A stretch of DNA of 64,000 nucleotides from Thalia democratica (Eukaryota). The notes under the pieces were generated by a model. That model was not told the origin of the DNA. It did not search any database and saw only the letters and a list, made by a program, of their open reading frames with translations. The stretch covers positions 80,910,001 to 80,974,000 of the forward strand of contig OZ241830.1 in assembly GCA_965202585.1 (NCBI GenBank), in the 5' to 3' direction. Each line of letters starts with the position of its first letter. The stretch's first letter is position 1. The translations under genes were made by a program, and so were the position numbers. Shown piece by piece: positions 33,733-46,680 of this stretch.

Positions 33733-35590
33733 TTATTGCATGTTTAGATGACAATAAACCACTGCCATCTTTTTAACATTGCAACTGAGCAGAGTTCTGA
33801 AGTTTGCCAGCTTCCTTCCGTTGAACATGAGCGTGGCGCGGTCGACGTAACTTGCCGGATAACCGAGTCTCCTGACCACAGCTCCCTTCACTTCTCCGAT
33901 CGTCTCCAGGGAGCTGAAGAGCAGACCCTGGATACTTCTGCCCTCATGGTTCCAATTGGTGAAAATAACTTTGACCTCTTCAAGGAATACCTGACAGATT
34001 AGGATATTATTTATAATTTTATTGATTACTCTATTGTTTTTCAATTGAGCGCTGTATAATATATGTTTATTGAACGAAAAAAAAATACGCTCAAATTTTT
34101 GGTCCAAGGACCTGTTGTATGAAAAAACCTTCGGTTATCGAGTCATACACCAGGATACAGTTTAAAGTCATGTCCAGGACAAGCTACACGTTAGTTGCTT
34201 TGAAATATTTTTGTTGAAGACACTGTTTGATTTTATTAGTAACTATTCAACGACATCATCTTAAAGAGATATTCCAAATAAACTAACAATAGGTTATTTT
34301 TTTTTTTTTGATTCCAGACAGTATAATTAAGTTAATAATCAAGAAAACTACTCTAATTAGATTAACTTCTCTAAACAATGTGAACATTTGAATATACCAA
34401 GTAAAATCATTATTAGCCAATAAAAACACCATTTAGAAGAGAATATTTATTTTAAAAAATTGTTATTTGACAACAGCTGGCAAGTATTTAAGTACTTGTA
34501 TAATAAACAAACAAAAATTAAATATTCAAAAAAAAGATGAAAAAAAAATATTTAGTCAAATAAAATTATTACAAGCACTTACAAATGGGTCAGAGTTGGT
34601 GGTCATAGTCAAAGTCATTGTGACGTCATTGAAATACACGTCTTTCATTCTCTGAAGGATGAGGCAGTCTGCCAACTTTATTCCTTGGTGCATCAGTTTG
34701 AGATTTTGGTAGGGAACACCATGTATTACGTGAAGGTACACCTTTAATTTAAATTAATTGATAAGTTGGTAACAAGTAAAAAAAAAAAATTAATGATTTC
34801 ACATACAGGTAGTATAAAACCTTTAATTTAAATTAATTGATAAGTTGGTAACAAGTAAAAAAAAAAAATTAATGGTTTCACATACAGGTAGTATAAAACC
34901 TTTAATTTAAATTAATTGATAAGTTGGTAACAAGTAAAAAAAAAAAATTAATGATTTCACATACAGGTAGTATAAAACCTTTAATTTAAATTAATTGATA
35001 AGTTGGTAACAAGTAAAAAAAAAAAATTAATGATTTCACATACAAGTAGTATAAAACCTTTAATTTAAATTAATTGATAAGTTGGTAACAAGTAAAAAAA
35101 AAAATTAATGATTTCACATACAGGTAGTATAAAACCTTTAATTTAAATTAATTGATAAGTTGGTAACAAGTAAAAAAAAAAAATTAATGGTTTCACATAC
35201 AGGTAGTATAAAACCTTTAATTTAAATTAATTGATAAGTTGGTAACAAGTAAGAAAAAAATTAATGATTTCACATACAGGTAGTATAAAACCTTTAATTT
35301 AAATTAATTGATAAGTTGGTAACAAGTAAGAAAAAAATTAATGAATACACATACAAGTAGTATAATACCTTTAAGTAAAATAACTAAATGGTATAACAAT
35401 TTAAATAAAAAAGTATATGTCGCGAAGGTAGACCTTCAAAAGAGTTTTTGTATTTAAAACATTGAAATTTTTATTTAAAACAACTCGTACATTTATGCAG
35501 TTATCTAACCTTCAGAAGCATGACGTCATTACTTAGGTCCATGTTCACAGTCAGACTGCGATTACCATACCTAACTTCGACTTGTTCCAT
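33733..35590 (-). CDS. Tandem di-ubiquitin-like protein, copy B (165 aa, 3 exons), no C-terminal Gly-Gly
   Basis: Exons 35510-35590 (MEQVEVRYGNRSLTVNMDLSNDVMLLK), 34583-34741 (VYLHVIHGVPYQNLKLMHQGIKL...TNSDPF), 33733-33990 (VFLEEVK...SIQGLLFSSLETIGEVKGAVVRRLG...TLMFNGRKLANFRTLLSCNVKKMAVVYCHLNMQ*). Same intron positions and phases as copy A. Confidence 0.85.
34742..35372 (-). repeat. 77-79-bp intronic minisatellite, 8 near-identical units, abutting the exon-2 acceptor of UBL copy B
   Basis: Unit starts at 34742, 34821, 34900, 34979, 35058, 35137, 35215 and 35292; homologous to the 4-unit array in copy A. Confidence 0.95.
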
Positions 35591-36732
35591 TACAAATTAT
35601 ATGTATAAAGTTTCTGCGTAATTAAAAAAATGTTACTGCATTGAATTATTATTATTTACATGAAAAATTACTTGCCGTACAATACGATAACTACTTGTAT
35701 CAAAGTGTAGCAAATTTACAGTTTTGTTGCTCAGTATTTAAAAAGATGGTTTTGTTGTTAAACTGTTATAATTAAATTTGAAAGTTTTCAAAACCCTTCT
35801 TTTATTGTCATGCAAGATATCGTGTTGGTTTTTAGTAAATGTAAAAAAAAAAAAAGAATACGACTACTTTTAATAAACAGTTGTGTTTTAAACGGACATT
35901 GACAATTATTTGATAGAAAATAATTGAAATAAAAAACTTTTAAAAACTTATTAAAATTAACTGAATACTTTTTAAACAGAAATAAAACCATGAGTTTTAA
36001 ACCTAAACTAGCTGAAACTGCTGAAAATATATTTTACCTTGCGATCAATAAATAGTTTCAGTAAATCCTAAATTGTGATTTATTACGAACCTATATTCTA
36101 TTATGACAAACAAAATATAAGTATTAATGTATTTACTAATGATGGGAAGTTGTTAAATAAATTTTTGGGGCCAGTTCTGACCCTAAAATTGAACGCAAGA
36201 TGTTTTGATATTTCGACGGTTCGTTATCTCTCTAAATGTTTGATACAAGTTTTTTATTTACTTAAACTAAATGGTCACATAATAAAAGCTGGCTTTTTGT
36301 CAACCAGGCATTAAGTATTTACTGTCCTGCAACTAAAATTAAAAAACAGGAGTTAAAAACTTTATGGTTAACCAGAAATGTCACGTTGTCAAGGCTCTTC
36401 TGATTGGTTGAAAATTTTATGTTTAAGTGGATACTTTTTTTTTGTATTATTTGTTGTATTTTTAGGCTAAGGGTGTTAGGGATAATATTTTTAGTTATGA
36501 TAATTTACTGCTGTATTAATATCTTATCTAACTTGTATAATAAAATGAACGAAAAAAATTAAGATTTTACAACTCCATCCCACAATCTCCTTTTTTTTTG
36601 AACAGATATAAATAAAAGATACAAAATTAAGAAAGACTTACGAATAGTGCTAATAAGTTTACAACAAATGTTCAATTAATTTTATTTTTAGTAAAATTTG
36701 CTTTTAAAAAGCTTAAATAAGCACTTTAGTTT

Positions 36733-36842
36733 TGGACAAGACGTTAAAAAGGTATCCAAGTGGTCTCGATAACCGAAAGATTCTTTGTGCACCAGGTCCT
36801 AAGACCAAATATTTTGAGCGTATTTTTTTGTCGTTCAATAAA
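36733..36842 (+). repeat. Representative of a short (about 100-130 bp) dispersed repeat family with at least 8 copies in the window
   Basis: Consensus ...aaaaggtatcc..g(t)gactcgataaccgaaaggttcttcgtgcaccaggtcctaggaccaaatattttaagcg...gtcgttcaataaa. Copies at about 13208-13305(-), 32885-32985(+), 34064-34180(-), 36733-36842(+), 40495-40570(-), 42760-42862(+), 44225-44325(+), 58950-59045(+), plus a fragment at 40893. Confidence 0.85.
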
Positions 36843-39047
36843 ATATAATAATAATAATGAAGTATATAGCTTTTTAAATAAGTCCGCTTAGACTATTTTG
36901 AACTGTTACTAAAATAAACAGCTTACTATTTATTTCTGTTTTGCTGAAAAGGTTCTTTATCATATTCAAAAAAGTTATTTTTTATTCTCAATTCTTATAC
37001 AAAGGAAAGTTCATACTTAAAAAAACAATATACTTATTCAAAATATTTAAACACAAAAATACATAGAGACTACAATATCTTAATATTGGTTTCATTTTTT
37101 AAGTTTAAACAGTTATCATCGGTTGACAATATTTGGAAATATATTTTATTTATTGATTAAAAAATAAACGCAAAACAAGTCGGGTAAATAAGTTACTAAA
37201 ATATTTTAAAACGGTCTGATTTATCCTAACTTTTATAACTTCATTAAGATTGAATTTTCCATTGGTTATGTGTATTGCTTTTAGCTTTATAAAAATATAT
37301 AATTTTTAGTGGTTTTTATAAAAAACAGCTAATAAAACTTATATTGAAGTCTTTTTTCTTATAACGTTTTAAAAGTTTTTGTTTTCAATGTAAAATACAT
37401 AAAACTGTATTTTATTGTATATATAGTTTAAAGATCAAAATAGTAGTTTTATGTGTCCTACACCAATAAAAAACTTTTTAAAACGTTATAAGATATGAAT
37501 TAACTAATAAAGAAACGTATTAGCAGTGTAACTTAGTTATCAAAATAGTAACTTTATTATTTTATGGACGTTTTTGGATTATGACTTATATATTAAAGTT
37601 GCCAGAAATAAAAAAATATTAAAATTAAATAGACTTTTACTTAAATTAATATTCCAATATATATTTAATTTTTAAGTTGATTTAAAATGTCATATACGAG
37701 TTTTTTAGTGATATAAATTAATTTTGAATGTTATTCACTTAAATTTTCAAATTTTAAATAAATGATATGATTTTTGCAATTGGTTACTTATCCCTGAGTT
37801 AAAAAAAAAATTGTATACAAATTTGAAAAGCATAAGTGAGCTAAGACTCAACAAAGTTGAATTGTATCAAATTGTGTTGATTGTATGATTTTTTTAATTA
37901 GTTCTAACGAGCAAAAGTATCAAGTTACTTGTATATTGTTTCAACATGTTTATGTTTTTACATGTAATTGATACTTTTGCTAATTTTGAGCAGTTTATAA
38001 ATTAAAAACAATTATCAGTAACATTTTATGACTGGTGAAAAAATAGGTCCTTGATAAAAATTAAAAAATTGAGTTATTTACCTTTAAATGTTTAAATTTG
38101 AACGCTCTTGCTTAATAAAAAGATATTAACACCATTTTAATCAACACATATTTACATAATGTGTTTGGATTTACTTAAGTAGTAAAAAAAATAATTAGTT
38201 TTTTGTGCAACACTTTAACAACTTTTTTTAAATAAGACTGCTTTGGGAAACAATATCACAAAAATTTATTTAAAGAATTATTAAGATTTAAACTTATTAG
38301 TTCAACAAATTCAAAATTTTCAAGCTCAAGGAATTGTATTGAAACTTTTAAATCAAAATTCAGTGTTATATATTTGAAACTTAAAATTATAAATGTGACA
38401 AAGTCTAAATTAATCCCAGCTTTTAATTTTAGCGCCATTTTTATAGCTACATAGCGCTACTGCTGATAAGGATGCAAAATTGTGGTAAATATTTTGATGC
38501 TTTTAAAAGTAAATACCAATAAGTAACATTGAAAATACTTATGTTTTATATAGTGAGAAGCTTTTTTAGGTAACATGTCATAAATTTGAAAACTCATTAA
38601 CAAAAAAGCTTTTTAAATTATGTTTGTTTACTAGAAGTTACAATTTATTTTATAAAATAGTAACATTACAGTCTTACCAAAGTTTAATATCCCTTAAATA
38701 ATAAAATAACTCAAATAAGTTTTGCTACATTTATAATATTTTCTTAACAAATAGCTAAAGCCAGCTAATTTTGTTTTTATACTTTACAGTAATAAAAACA
38801 ATAACTGAACAACATAGCCAGAAAAATTATAATCTTTTTTTCAAGAATTTTACAGGTTAAATTAGCTAGAATAATGTTGGTTTTAGATGTTCAAAAATTT
38901 AACCGAACATTAGATAAATATTAAACTGATCTATTAGATTAAAGTTAGTTTAGGTGTGCATGTACTTGTCAACCGGATTTTGTGGGTAAGTATTTATCCA
39001 CAAGTATTTCTTGTCTAAACTACTACTAAAGGAGGTTTTTAAGATTA

Positions 39048-39811
39048 CAGTAACCTCTCGCTTATTTACGCACATTGTGTCAACAGAAAATATGCGTAAA
39101 TATATGAGAGATCGTAAAGATACGAGAGGTACCAAATATACTAACTATAATGGTTTTTTATAACTATTTAGTTTAAAGCAGACCAGGGACTTTCTAACTT
39201 TGAACAATTTGTTTACTTTATTTATAAATATGAAAACAAAAGATAAAACTATACATATATTAAAAAAAAAGATTTAAATTTTTATAAAGTAATAATACTT
39301 GTAGAAAAATTTTACTAGTTTTAATAAAAAGGTATATTTTATCTTTATTTATATGTGACTTAATAGATAATTAACGTTTGTATTCTATTCTACTTAGCAA
39401 ATTCAATTTATAATTAAGCATTTGTTTACAATTAAGAAATGCTGTGGTGTCTACATAAAAATTTGTTTCTTTAGCCTTTTACAATAAATGCATTTAGTGC
39501 TGTATTGTATTATTTCTTTTGAACAAAAATATAAAAACTAATCTTTTATTGTTAACAAAATTTCCGATATACTTAAGTATAACAAAATGTTTATCAAATA
39601 GCAAAGGAACATAAGTTTACAAAGTGTAAAAAGTAGAGAGGTAAGTTAGCATTTAAGAATGTATTTTGAATTAAAAATATACAATAAACCTAATTTGTGC
39701 AATATTAAAAAATGTTAAAGTTTTTATTTTTGAATTTTTTAGAATTCTAAAATGCGTAATTAAACGAGAGTGCGTAACGTCACGAGTGCGTAAAGATTCG
39801 AGAGGTTACTG
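39048..39811. mobile_element. Tc1/mariner (pogo/Tigger-like) non-autonomous element, 764 bp
   Basis: TIRs cagtaacctctcg / cgagaggttactg flanked by TA on both sides; an extra internal TIR-like cgagaggtac near 39125. Confidence 0.8.
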
Positions 39812-40601
39812 TACTATAGAAAAAACAGTATAAATATTTATGGCGAACTAAATACAAGAAAGGAGATAATAAATTAGTTAGAATAAAAGGTTTATACAAT
39901 TAAGTAACAAACAAATTCTTTGCTAAGCTAAACTTAAATGAATACTCTACTTAAACTTATTATAGTTTCACTGAATTTTAAGTGCTGAGTAAAAAAAAAC
40001 CTGTTCATTTGAGAACCGAACAAAAATATCTTGGTAATTTTTTGAGCTTTCAAAAACTATACTATGTATTTAAGAAAGAAAGTTAAAACTTTTTTCCTTA
40101 TTTTAGAAAAAAGAGCGGCAAAAAGTAACTACTCTTTGATGCCTTGTAGTGGTGAGTTAAGCTCAAATCCAAGTCGGCTTTTTCGCATTTGCAGTGAGTT
40201 ATACTAGAATAAAAAACTCAAAAAATTTAAATCTAAACAGCACATATATACTATAAAACCACTGTTTTTCTGACCAGTAGTTTATCGGGATTTAAAACCG
40301 TTTTTTTTTGCTACAAATGCCGCTTAAGTACGCATTTTTTAGGTACACTACCAGTTAAGTACACACTTTTTAGCCGAAAAACGTTGTGTTCAAAATTTTT
40401 TTTTTTCTGCTTGAAAACTAAAAAAACAAACTTTATAAGTAGCATTACAAAAGTATTAAATTTTTAAATATGTATACTGTTTATTCAACTTTAAAACAAA
40501 AAGCTCAAAAATTTTGGTTTAAGGACCTGGTGTACGAAAAAAACTTTCGGTTATCGAGTCGTACAATATATATTATAAATATTTTATTTACTTTTTTCGA
40601 C

Positions 40602-40670
40602 TAGCAGCAAAGTGCGCTTTGCGCGCGGTGTGCGATGCTTCTTAGCTGTTTATTAATAAACAACAACTAG
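40602..40670 (-). mobile_element. Helitron-like 3' end (GC hairpin followed by CTAG|T)
   Basis: Minus strand reads ...gcatcgcacaccgcgcgcaaagcgcactttgctgCTAG|t: GCGC(GC)-AAA-GCGC hairpin 7 nt before CTAG. A second copy of the hairpin without CTAG lies at about 40840-40875. Confidence 0.5.
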
Positions 40671-43600
40671 TCAACAATCCAGTTACAGTAGAGTTTCGTA
40701 AGTCTTAGACTTTTTGCAAGGTTTTCAATAACTTAAAGAATATTTTAGTATTGTTTTGAAATTAGTACAAAATTAAAAAATTTACACTATATTTAGTGGT
40801 TTTGCTTATAATATTTTTATTTACTTTCTTCTGTTAGAACTAAAGTGCGCTTTGCGCGCAATGTGCGATGCTCTTAACTTTTTTTTTATAACTCGGTTAT
40901 CGAGTCGTACAATATATAATGCTGTATTAAGTTTACATAAATTAAAACTAAAAAAATACAGAAAAAAGTTATGAACGTACAAATTGTAAATAAAACAAAT
41001 TTATTACATTCAGTTTATTTACTTAACGAAAATAAAGAACAGTAAAAATTTTTAATCATAGAAATAAAAGGTCATACATAGATTATTTGAAAAAACATTG
41101 CAAATAAATTTTAAATACCCCATGGTTGGAGCATAAATCTGATAATTGTGTATAAAAGCGGTATAAATGAATCAAAGAACATTTAAATTGAAATTTTTAT
41201 ACTCTATGATTGAAAGTTAAATATAGAAAGCGTAAAAAATAAATATTTATGAAAATAAAACATGTAAAAGTGTTAGATTTTTTAAGGAAAGAATTTATTA
41301 TCGTATCAATATGAAAATGCATTCCAAATAGATAAATATTTTAAATTTAATCTCTTTTTAAAAGTTTTGACTTAAGTTATATAGCTGTATTGTTAAAAAA
41401 TAATCGAAATTTATGAGCTAGTCAATAGTTGAATAACTTGATAAATTTTATTAAAATAACAAAATTATACATCTAATAACTCAATCTAGATAGCTTTTAT
41501 TTTACACCTTAATTTTAAAAGTTTTGGTAATAAATTTTAGATATAATTAGATACTCATATTTTTATTTTATTTTATTTTATATTCATTTAAAACTGAGAA
41601 TACTTTTTGAACAGAACATTGAATTAATGAGTATTTTCTGGTTTAAAATAGTACTTATATAACTAAATTTTAAACTTTATCAAAAGACAAAAACTTATCT
41701 AAGAGAGACTTTCCGGGTTGCCGCACGATCTCCAATATTTGATTACGTCAGATTTATCCGAAGTTTAGTAATAAATACCATTTATATTTTGTTAAATTAT
41801 TCCTTAACTAAAGTTTTTGCGAAGGATATTTGCGACATCATCATTCAATAATAGTTTTTTTTGAAAAGTTTTGTTTAGCGATGTTTATTAAATATATTTT
41901 TTAAGTGTTTTCTATTAGCTTGTTTCGGCTTCGTCTGTTAAAGTAATTAAAGGCGACACAAAATCTGAAACTAGTTGAGTAAAAAATCATGATCTTGTGA
42001 AAATAAGCTATGTTGTATATTATTTAGCGTCAATTTAGCTCATACAGAAAGCAACGTAAATTAAGGTAACTTAGCAAAAAAGAAGACTTTATAAACTTGT
42101 TTATTTAATTTTTAAAAGCTCCAACTAAGATGATAAATAAATAACTTTTTTGGAAAGGAAGCCACGACTACCAGTAATAAAAATTTTTATCAACTTTAAC
42201 ATATTATTTTATCTGCAAAAAATTAATCTAATTGTTTTGCACGTAGTATTTATTTACAGAACAAGGCGTGATGCGTGTTTTAATATTTTATATTAATTAT
42301 TTTTTTCTTTAACATTATATTTTTTAATAAGTGCTAGTTGGTTTTGTATTTAATGTAAAATAAAATTTTCATCACTGTAAAACAAATTAAGTTTGTTATT
42401 AATTATCTTTTGCGTTTAAGTAACATTACCAATAAACAAAATAAGTTGTAAGTGGTTGGTTAAACGATTAGGTTAGGGGTGGGCAACGTATCCTGATCCG
42501 GCTCTCAGAGTAAAAATGACCGACATCCAAAAGTTTTTTATCCCAAGCGAGTGAAGTAAATGGCCCGCCAAGGTCAATATTCCTAAATCTGTACAAAATT
42601 TTGTATCAAATTTTTACAAGACAAAACGTAAATGTTAGACTTAATAACATGTTTTTTTTTTCTAATTTATATGTAGTAGTAAAAACATCATTTTGTCCTA
42701 ATACTTTATTTTGTTTGTTAACTTTGTTTACTTAGTCGTAATAATCTGTCGTGAACAACACATTAAAAGGTATCCGTGGTGTGCAACTCAATAATCGAAA
42801 GGTTCTTCGTGCGCCAGGTCCTAGGAACAAATATTTATAGCGTTTTTTATGTTCAATAAACAGTGTTTAATCTCAGTTGGAATATATTTTTGTCAAATTA
42901 CCCGAAGCAAATGTTTTATTTAAATTTGTAACTTTTCATATATATATTTGTCAATCTACCATGTTAATGACTTTCATAAACAATGGACGAGTAAAAAATG
43001 TCTTTTTCTGAACAAATAATGAGTTGTTTATATCTATAGTAAAAAAAGTAATTTTCCTATTACTCCCCAAAAAGTAATTGACAACTATTTTTAGTCAAAC
43101 TGCTCAACTTTAGATTTTAACAAAATTTAGGAAAAGTTTTAAGATGCGTTTGGGACCTAAAATCGCAAGCTCAGCAGTTTTCAAAAATTAAAGAAAAGTA
43201 GTTTAATTAATTTTTTTGTAATTCACATTCTTATTAATTTTTTTCCTTTTATCAATTTTTTATCTAGGAAATGACCAAGGCAAATGATAGTGTAATATAC
43301 ATAATTTTGCTTTAGGGCCAAATCTTAAAAGATATTAATATTATTTATAAAATAAACATTTAAGAGTTTAAATAACATGCAAAATAAGGGAAAATAAAAA
43401 TGAAAAATAAAATATTTATTTTTAGTTCTAAGGCAATAATAATGAAAAAAACAAAAAAAAACTTTATTTTTGGAGGGACCCCATAACATAATTCCAGCCC
43501 CAAACCAAATTTTTTTTTTTTTCAATTAAAGACAAAGGTGCGTTCTCTAAAATAAAATAAAAAATTTTTAGATAGCTTTTAAGATAAGGAAAATAATTGA

Positions 43601-45832
43601 CATTAAAGTTTTATGTTTTTTGAAAAATTAATAAATTTGCTTATAAAATTAACTTTATACTCGTTCAAAGTTTGTCAAAACTTTACCATAAAATCTGAAT
43701 TTAAGTTTAAAGAACCATATTATTTACTTTCGCTAGTACAGCAGTTCAAATCAAATTGTTACCTGATCGGTAAATAAAAACTAAATAACATTCGAGGGCT
43801 ATAAAATAACAGTTTAAAATCTAATAAAAACTTTTAAGGGGCCATTCATATGTGAAAAAAAATTATTGAAATTGAAAAAACACAAAGTTCTATTAAAAGC
43901 CAAAAACAATTCAAGCATGAAAATTATTAAAATAGAAAAAATAACTGCTGAAAAATAAATTTATTATTGCGATATTGTCTGTAAACTATTTTACATTTAT
44001 ATTTAGTAACAAAATTGAAAAGAAAAAACCTTTCTGCTTTTTTGATTTTCTAAAACATTAGCTAAAGTTTGAAGCGAAACAAAAAAAAAAGACGTTGCTT
44101 TGTAGAATCGATTTGAAAAATAAATGATCATAAAAAGAAAAGTATAAATCTGTTAAAAAACTATCATAATTATTGCAAAATATTAAGCTCTTAAATTATC
44201 GTTAGAGATTTATTAGTTATGTCTTAGACAAGATGTAAAAAAAGTGTTTGTGGTGTTTGACTCGATAACCAAAAGGTTCTTAGTTTTGCAGGTCCTAGGA
44301 CCAAATATTTTAAGCGTCGTTTAGTAAACAATATATTAATGGTTTTAGATTTATTTTAACAGAACATATGATATGTACCAAGTTAGGGGAATACCTCAGT
44401 TAGGGGAATGTTTTTAGTTGTGAAAATAATTCTAGAGCTGTAGAAAATCTTAAACAATTAGGTTGTAAATAAAATACAATCTAATCTAATAACAGATACT
44501 AATAAAATTGGACAGTTTTTACATATATAGGTCACAAAAATCTATGACTGGTTGGCACACTTTTATTAACTTATTGAATAGCCAAAATTTCATCTTACTT
44601 AGATAAATATTTCCTTTAATTTTTTATATTAAAAAACCAGTGAAAACTATTGAAATTTTAAAAAACTCTAATAGTTATTTTAGATACAACTTATTACTTT
44701 CAGTCAGATATTGGTTTATTTGAGTTTGCAACAGCTGTTTGTGAGTTCACACTGGTGGCAGTTATCACATGATTGGATTGTTAATGGGTTTTTAATCCTG
44801 AAAGTTTTAGGCATTTATCATAAAAAACACGCAAAACATGCACATTGTGTTGCATGCAGATTTTGATTAATTGGTTTTGGTTGTTATTTTTATCTGTTTC
44901 TCTTATTATATGTATGGTCAATTTTGTTTGTGTCTACTCTGATCATGATTGGCTGGTTTTGGTCTCTTGATGGAGAAATATATTGTGTGGTTGTGCGTGA
45001 TTGATTATTTGCTACTATCCAGTTTTTATTATATTTTTCTTATATTTATTTGTTAGCTGTATATAATAATTATTATTGCATAAATATAAGTTTTTTTCTT
45101 CTTACTCTAATTAGACTAAAATTAATTCTACCAGTATAAGTTTCAGAAACTACATTTTTCTTAATAGTTTTTATTTTATTTTTATTATTTTATTTATTTT
45201 TTATTTTTATTAATTTTTTATTCTAATTTAGCTTAATTTTTGGATTTTTTTTGAGTACCATTTCAGTAAATTAGTTATTTATCAAGCTTTAAGATAGTTA
45301 TTTAATGCTAATGTATTCATTATGTTACTAGTTTTATGCATTTGCCCAACAACTGGTTGTGAGTTCACTATGGTGGTGGTGATTACATGATTGGATTGTT
45401 GGTATGATTTTTTTTGTTATAGCGCAGGTGAACACTTACTTAGGGATTTGAGCTTCATGATTTTCCCACACTTTGTGGTTTTTAATATCCAGATTTTAGC
45501 CTTGTAGTGTTCTCCAAATGACGTGTCACCAAGGGTTTTTTATTTGTTTAAAAGATAGTTTTTTGTTTATTTCATTTTTGGATAGTTAAAGTTAAATAAT
45601 AATGGGGCAGGTAAAATTACATATGATGTAACACACTCACTTTTCCCCAGAAAACGTTTATCGTTGCAAGGGGTAGAGTTTTGGTTTACCTCTCCTATGC
45701 CATTAACATTACTCTAAGTTAATGAGACTTTTAAAAAAAACTAGTATAAAATAACTGTCACATGATTGATAAAATCTAACTTTGATATAATTAATTAAAC
45801 TTAACACACATAAAGATACAAAAAACTATCAT

Positions 45833-46680
45833 TCACGTATCTTTAAAAGACATTAGTTGTACTAATAATTCTATTTGGATATGATCTCTCAGTAAAAAAG
45901 TTATTGGTCTTTCATTAGAAACATTCCATTCCCCATCAATTTTACAATTAAGAACAGATTCTAAATGCAAGTTTTTTAAATCACATTTAAATGGGTATTT
46001 CCACTTTGAACTTCTTCCATCTTGAACTCTCATGAGGTTGTTCATTTTGTAAGGCCCATCATCTTTTTTACCTTCACAGGTAGCAATATACCATGTGTCT
46101 GATGACCCTTCACTATTGTGGCATAACAATGCCCAACCACAAAATCTTAATTTTTTATTTTTGTTTATTGGGACAAGTCTTTCCTCATGGGTATTACCTT
46201 TTACTTAAAAAAGTTCTGGAGTTTTCACTTCAAATTTCTGTAACTCACTAAAGTAAATTGTAAATTAACTCATTACAGACAATAACTTCACTTTGACCAG
46301 GATGAGATTCTAAAATGGAGTGCAGTTCTTCCACAATCACTACAGGCAAACCCTAACTTTTACCTAGTTTGAGACGCTTCTGCATGTATTGATCTCTTTT
46401 CTTCCTTTTTTAATTTTTTTCTTTATCTGTATGAATTTTTTCTTCTGCTACCCACATTTGCTTTATCTCATTCAGAAATTCAACAACTTTATTAAAACTT
46501 TCATTTTTAGTTTGAAAATAATCAGGTATAAGTAATGTACAGTCATTTATTATCCCTTTTGATGCGTTGGTTCCTAAACTTTGCTACTACTGCTCTTTCC
46601 AAATCCAGCAAGGTGCCTTTTAGATTTTAAATTATTGGTTGGTAGTCTTCATTAGTTAATAAGTTGAGCTCAGTAGCACG
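45833..46680 (-). pseudogene. Degenerate protein-coding relic, probably from a DNA transposon
   Basis: Protein-like fragments broken by stops and frameshifts: LPTNNLKSKRHLAGFGK/RAVVAKFRNQ, EFLNEIKQMWVAEEKFIQIKKKLKRKKRDQYMQKRLKLGKS*GLPVVIVEELHSILESHPGQSEVIV, and ORF 45833-46129 (...DTWYIATCEGK...CKIDGEWNVSNERPITFLLRDH...). No splice structure. Family not securely identified. Confidence 0.45.

Larger units (their letters stand above)
33305..38580 (-). repeat. Right arm of the inverted segmental duplication (partner about 11020-15610)
   Basis: Blockwise reverse-complement matches to the left arm as listed there; boundaries approximate. Confidence 0.85.

Noticed and set aside
34742-35372. Regular 79-bp periodic array as a CRISPR candidate
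   Set aside because: Whole units are near-identical with no unique spacers, the context is a eukaryotic intron and there are no cas genes.
44700-45540. Cys-containing fragments suggesting a PHD finger of a LINE ORF1, with a ~60-bp direct repeat (about 44730 and 45355)
   Set aside because: Needs several assumed frameshifts; too degenerate to call without a profile search.
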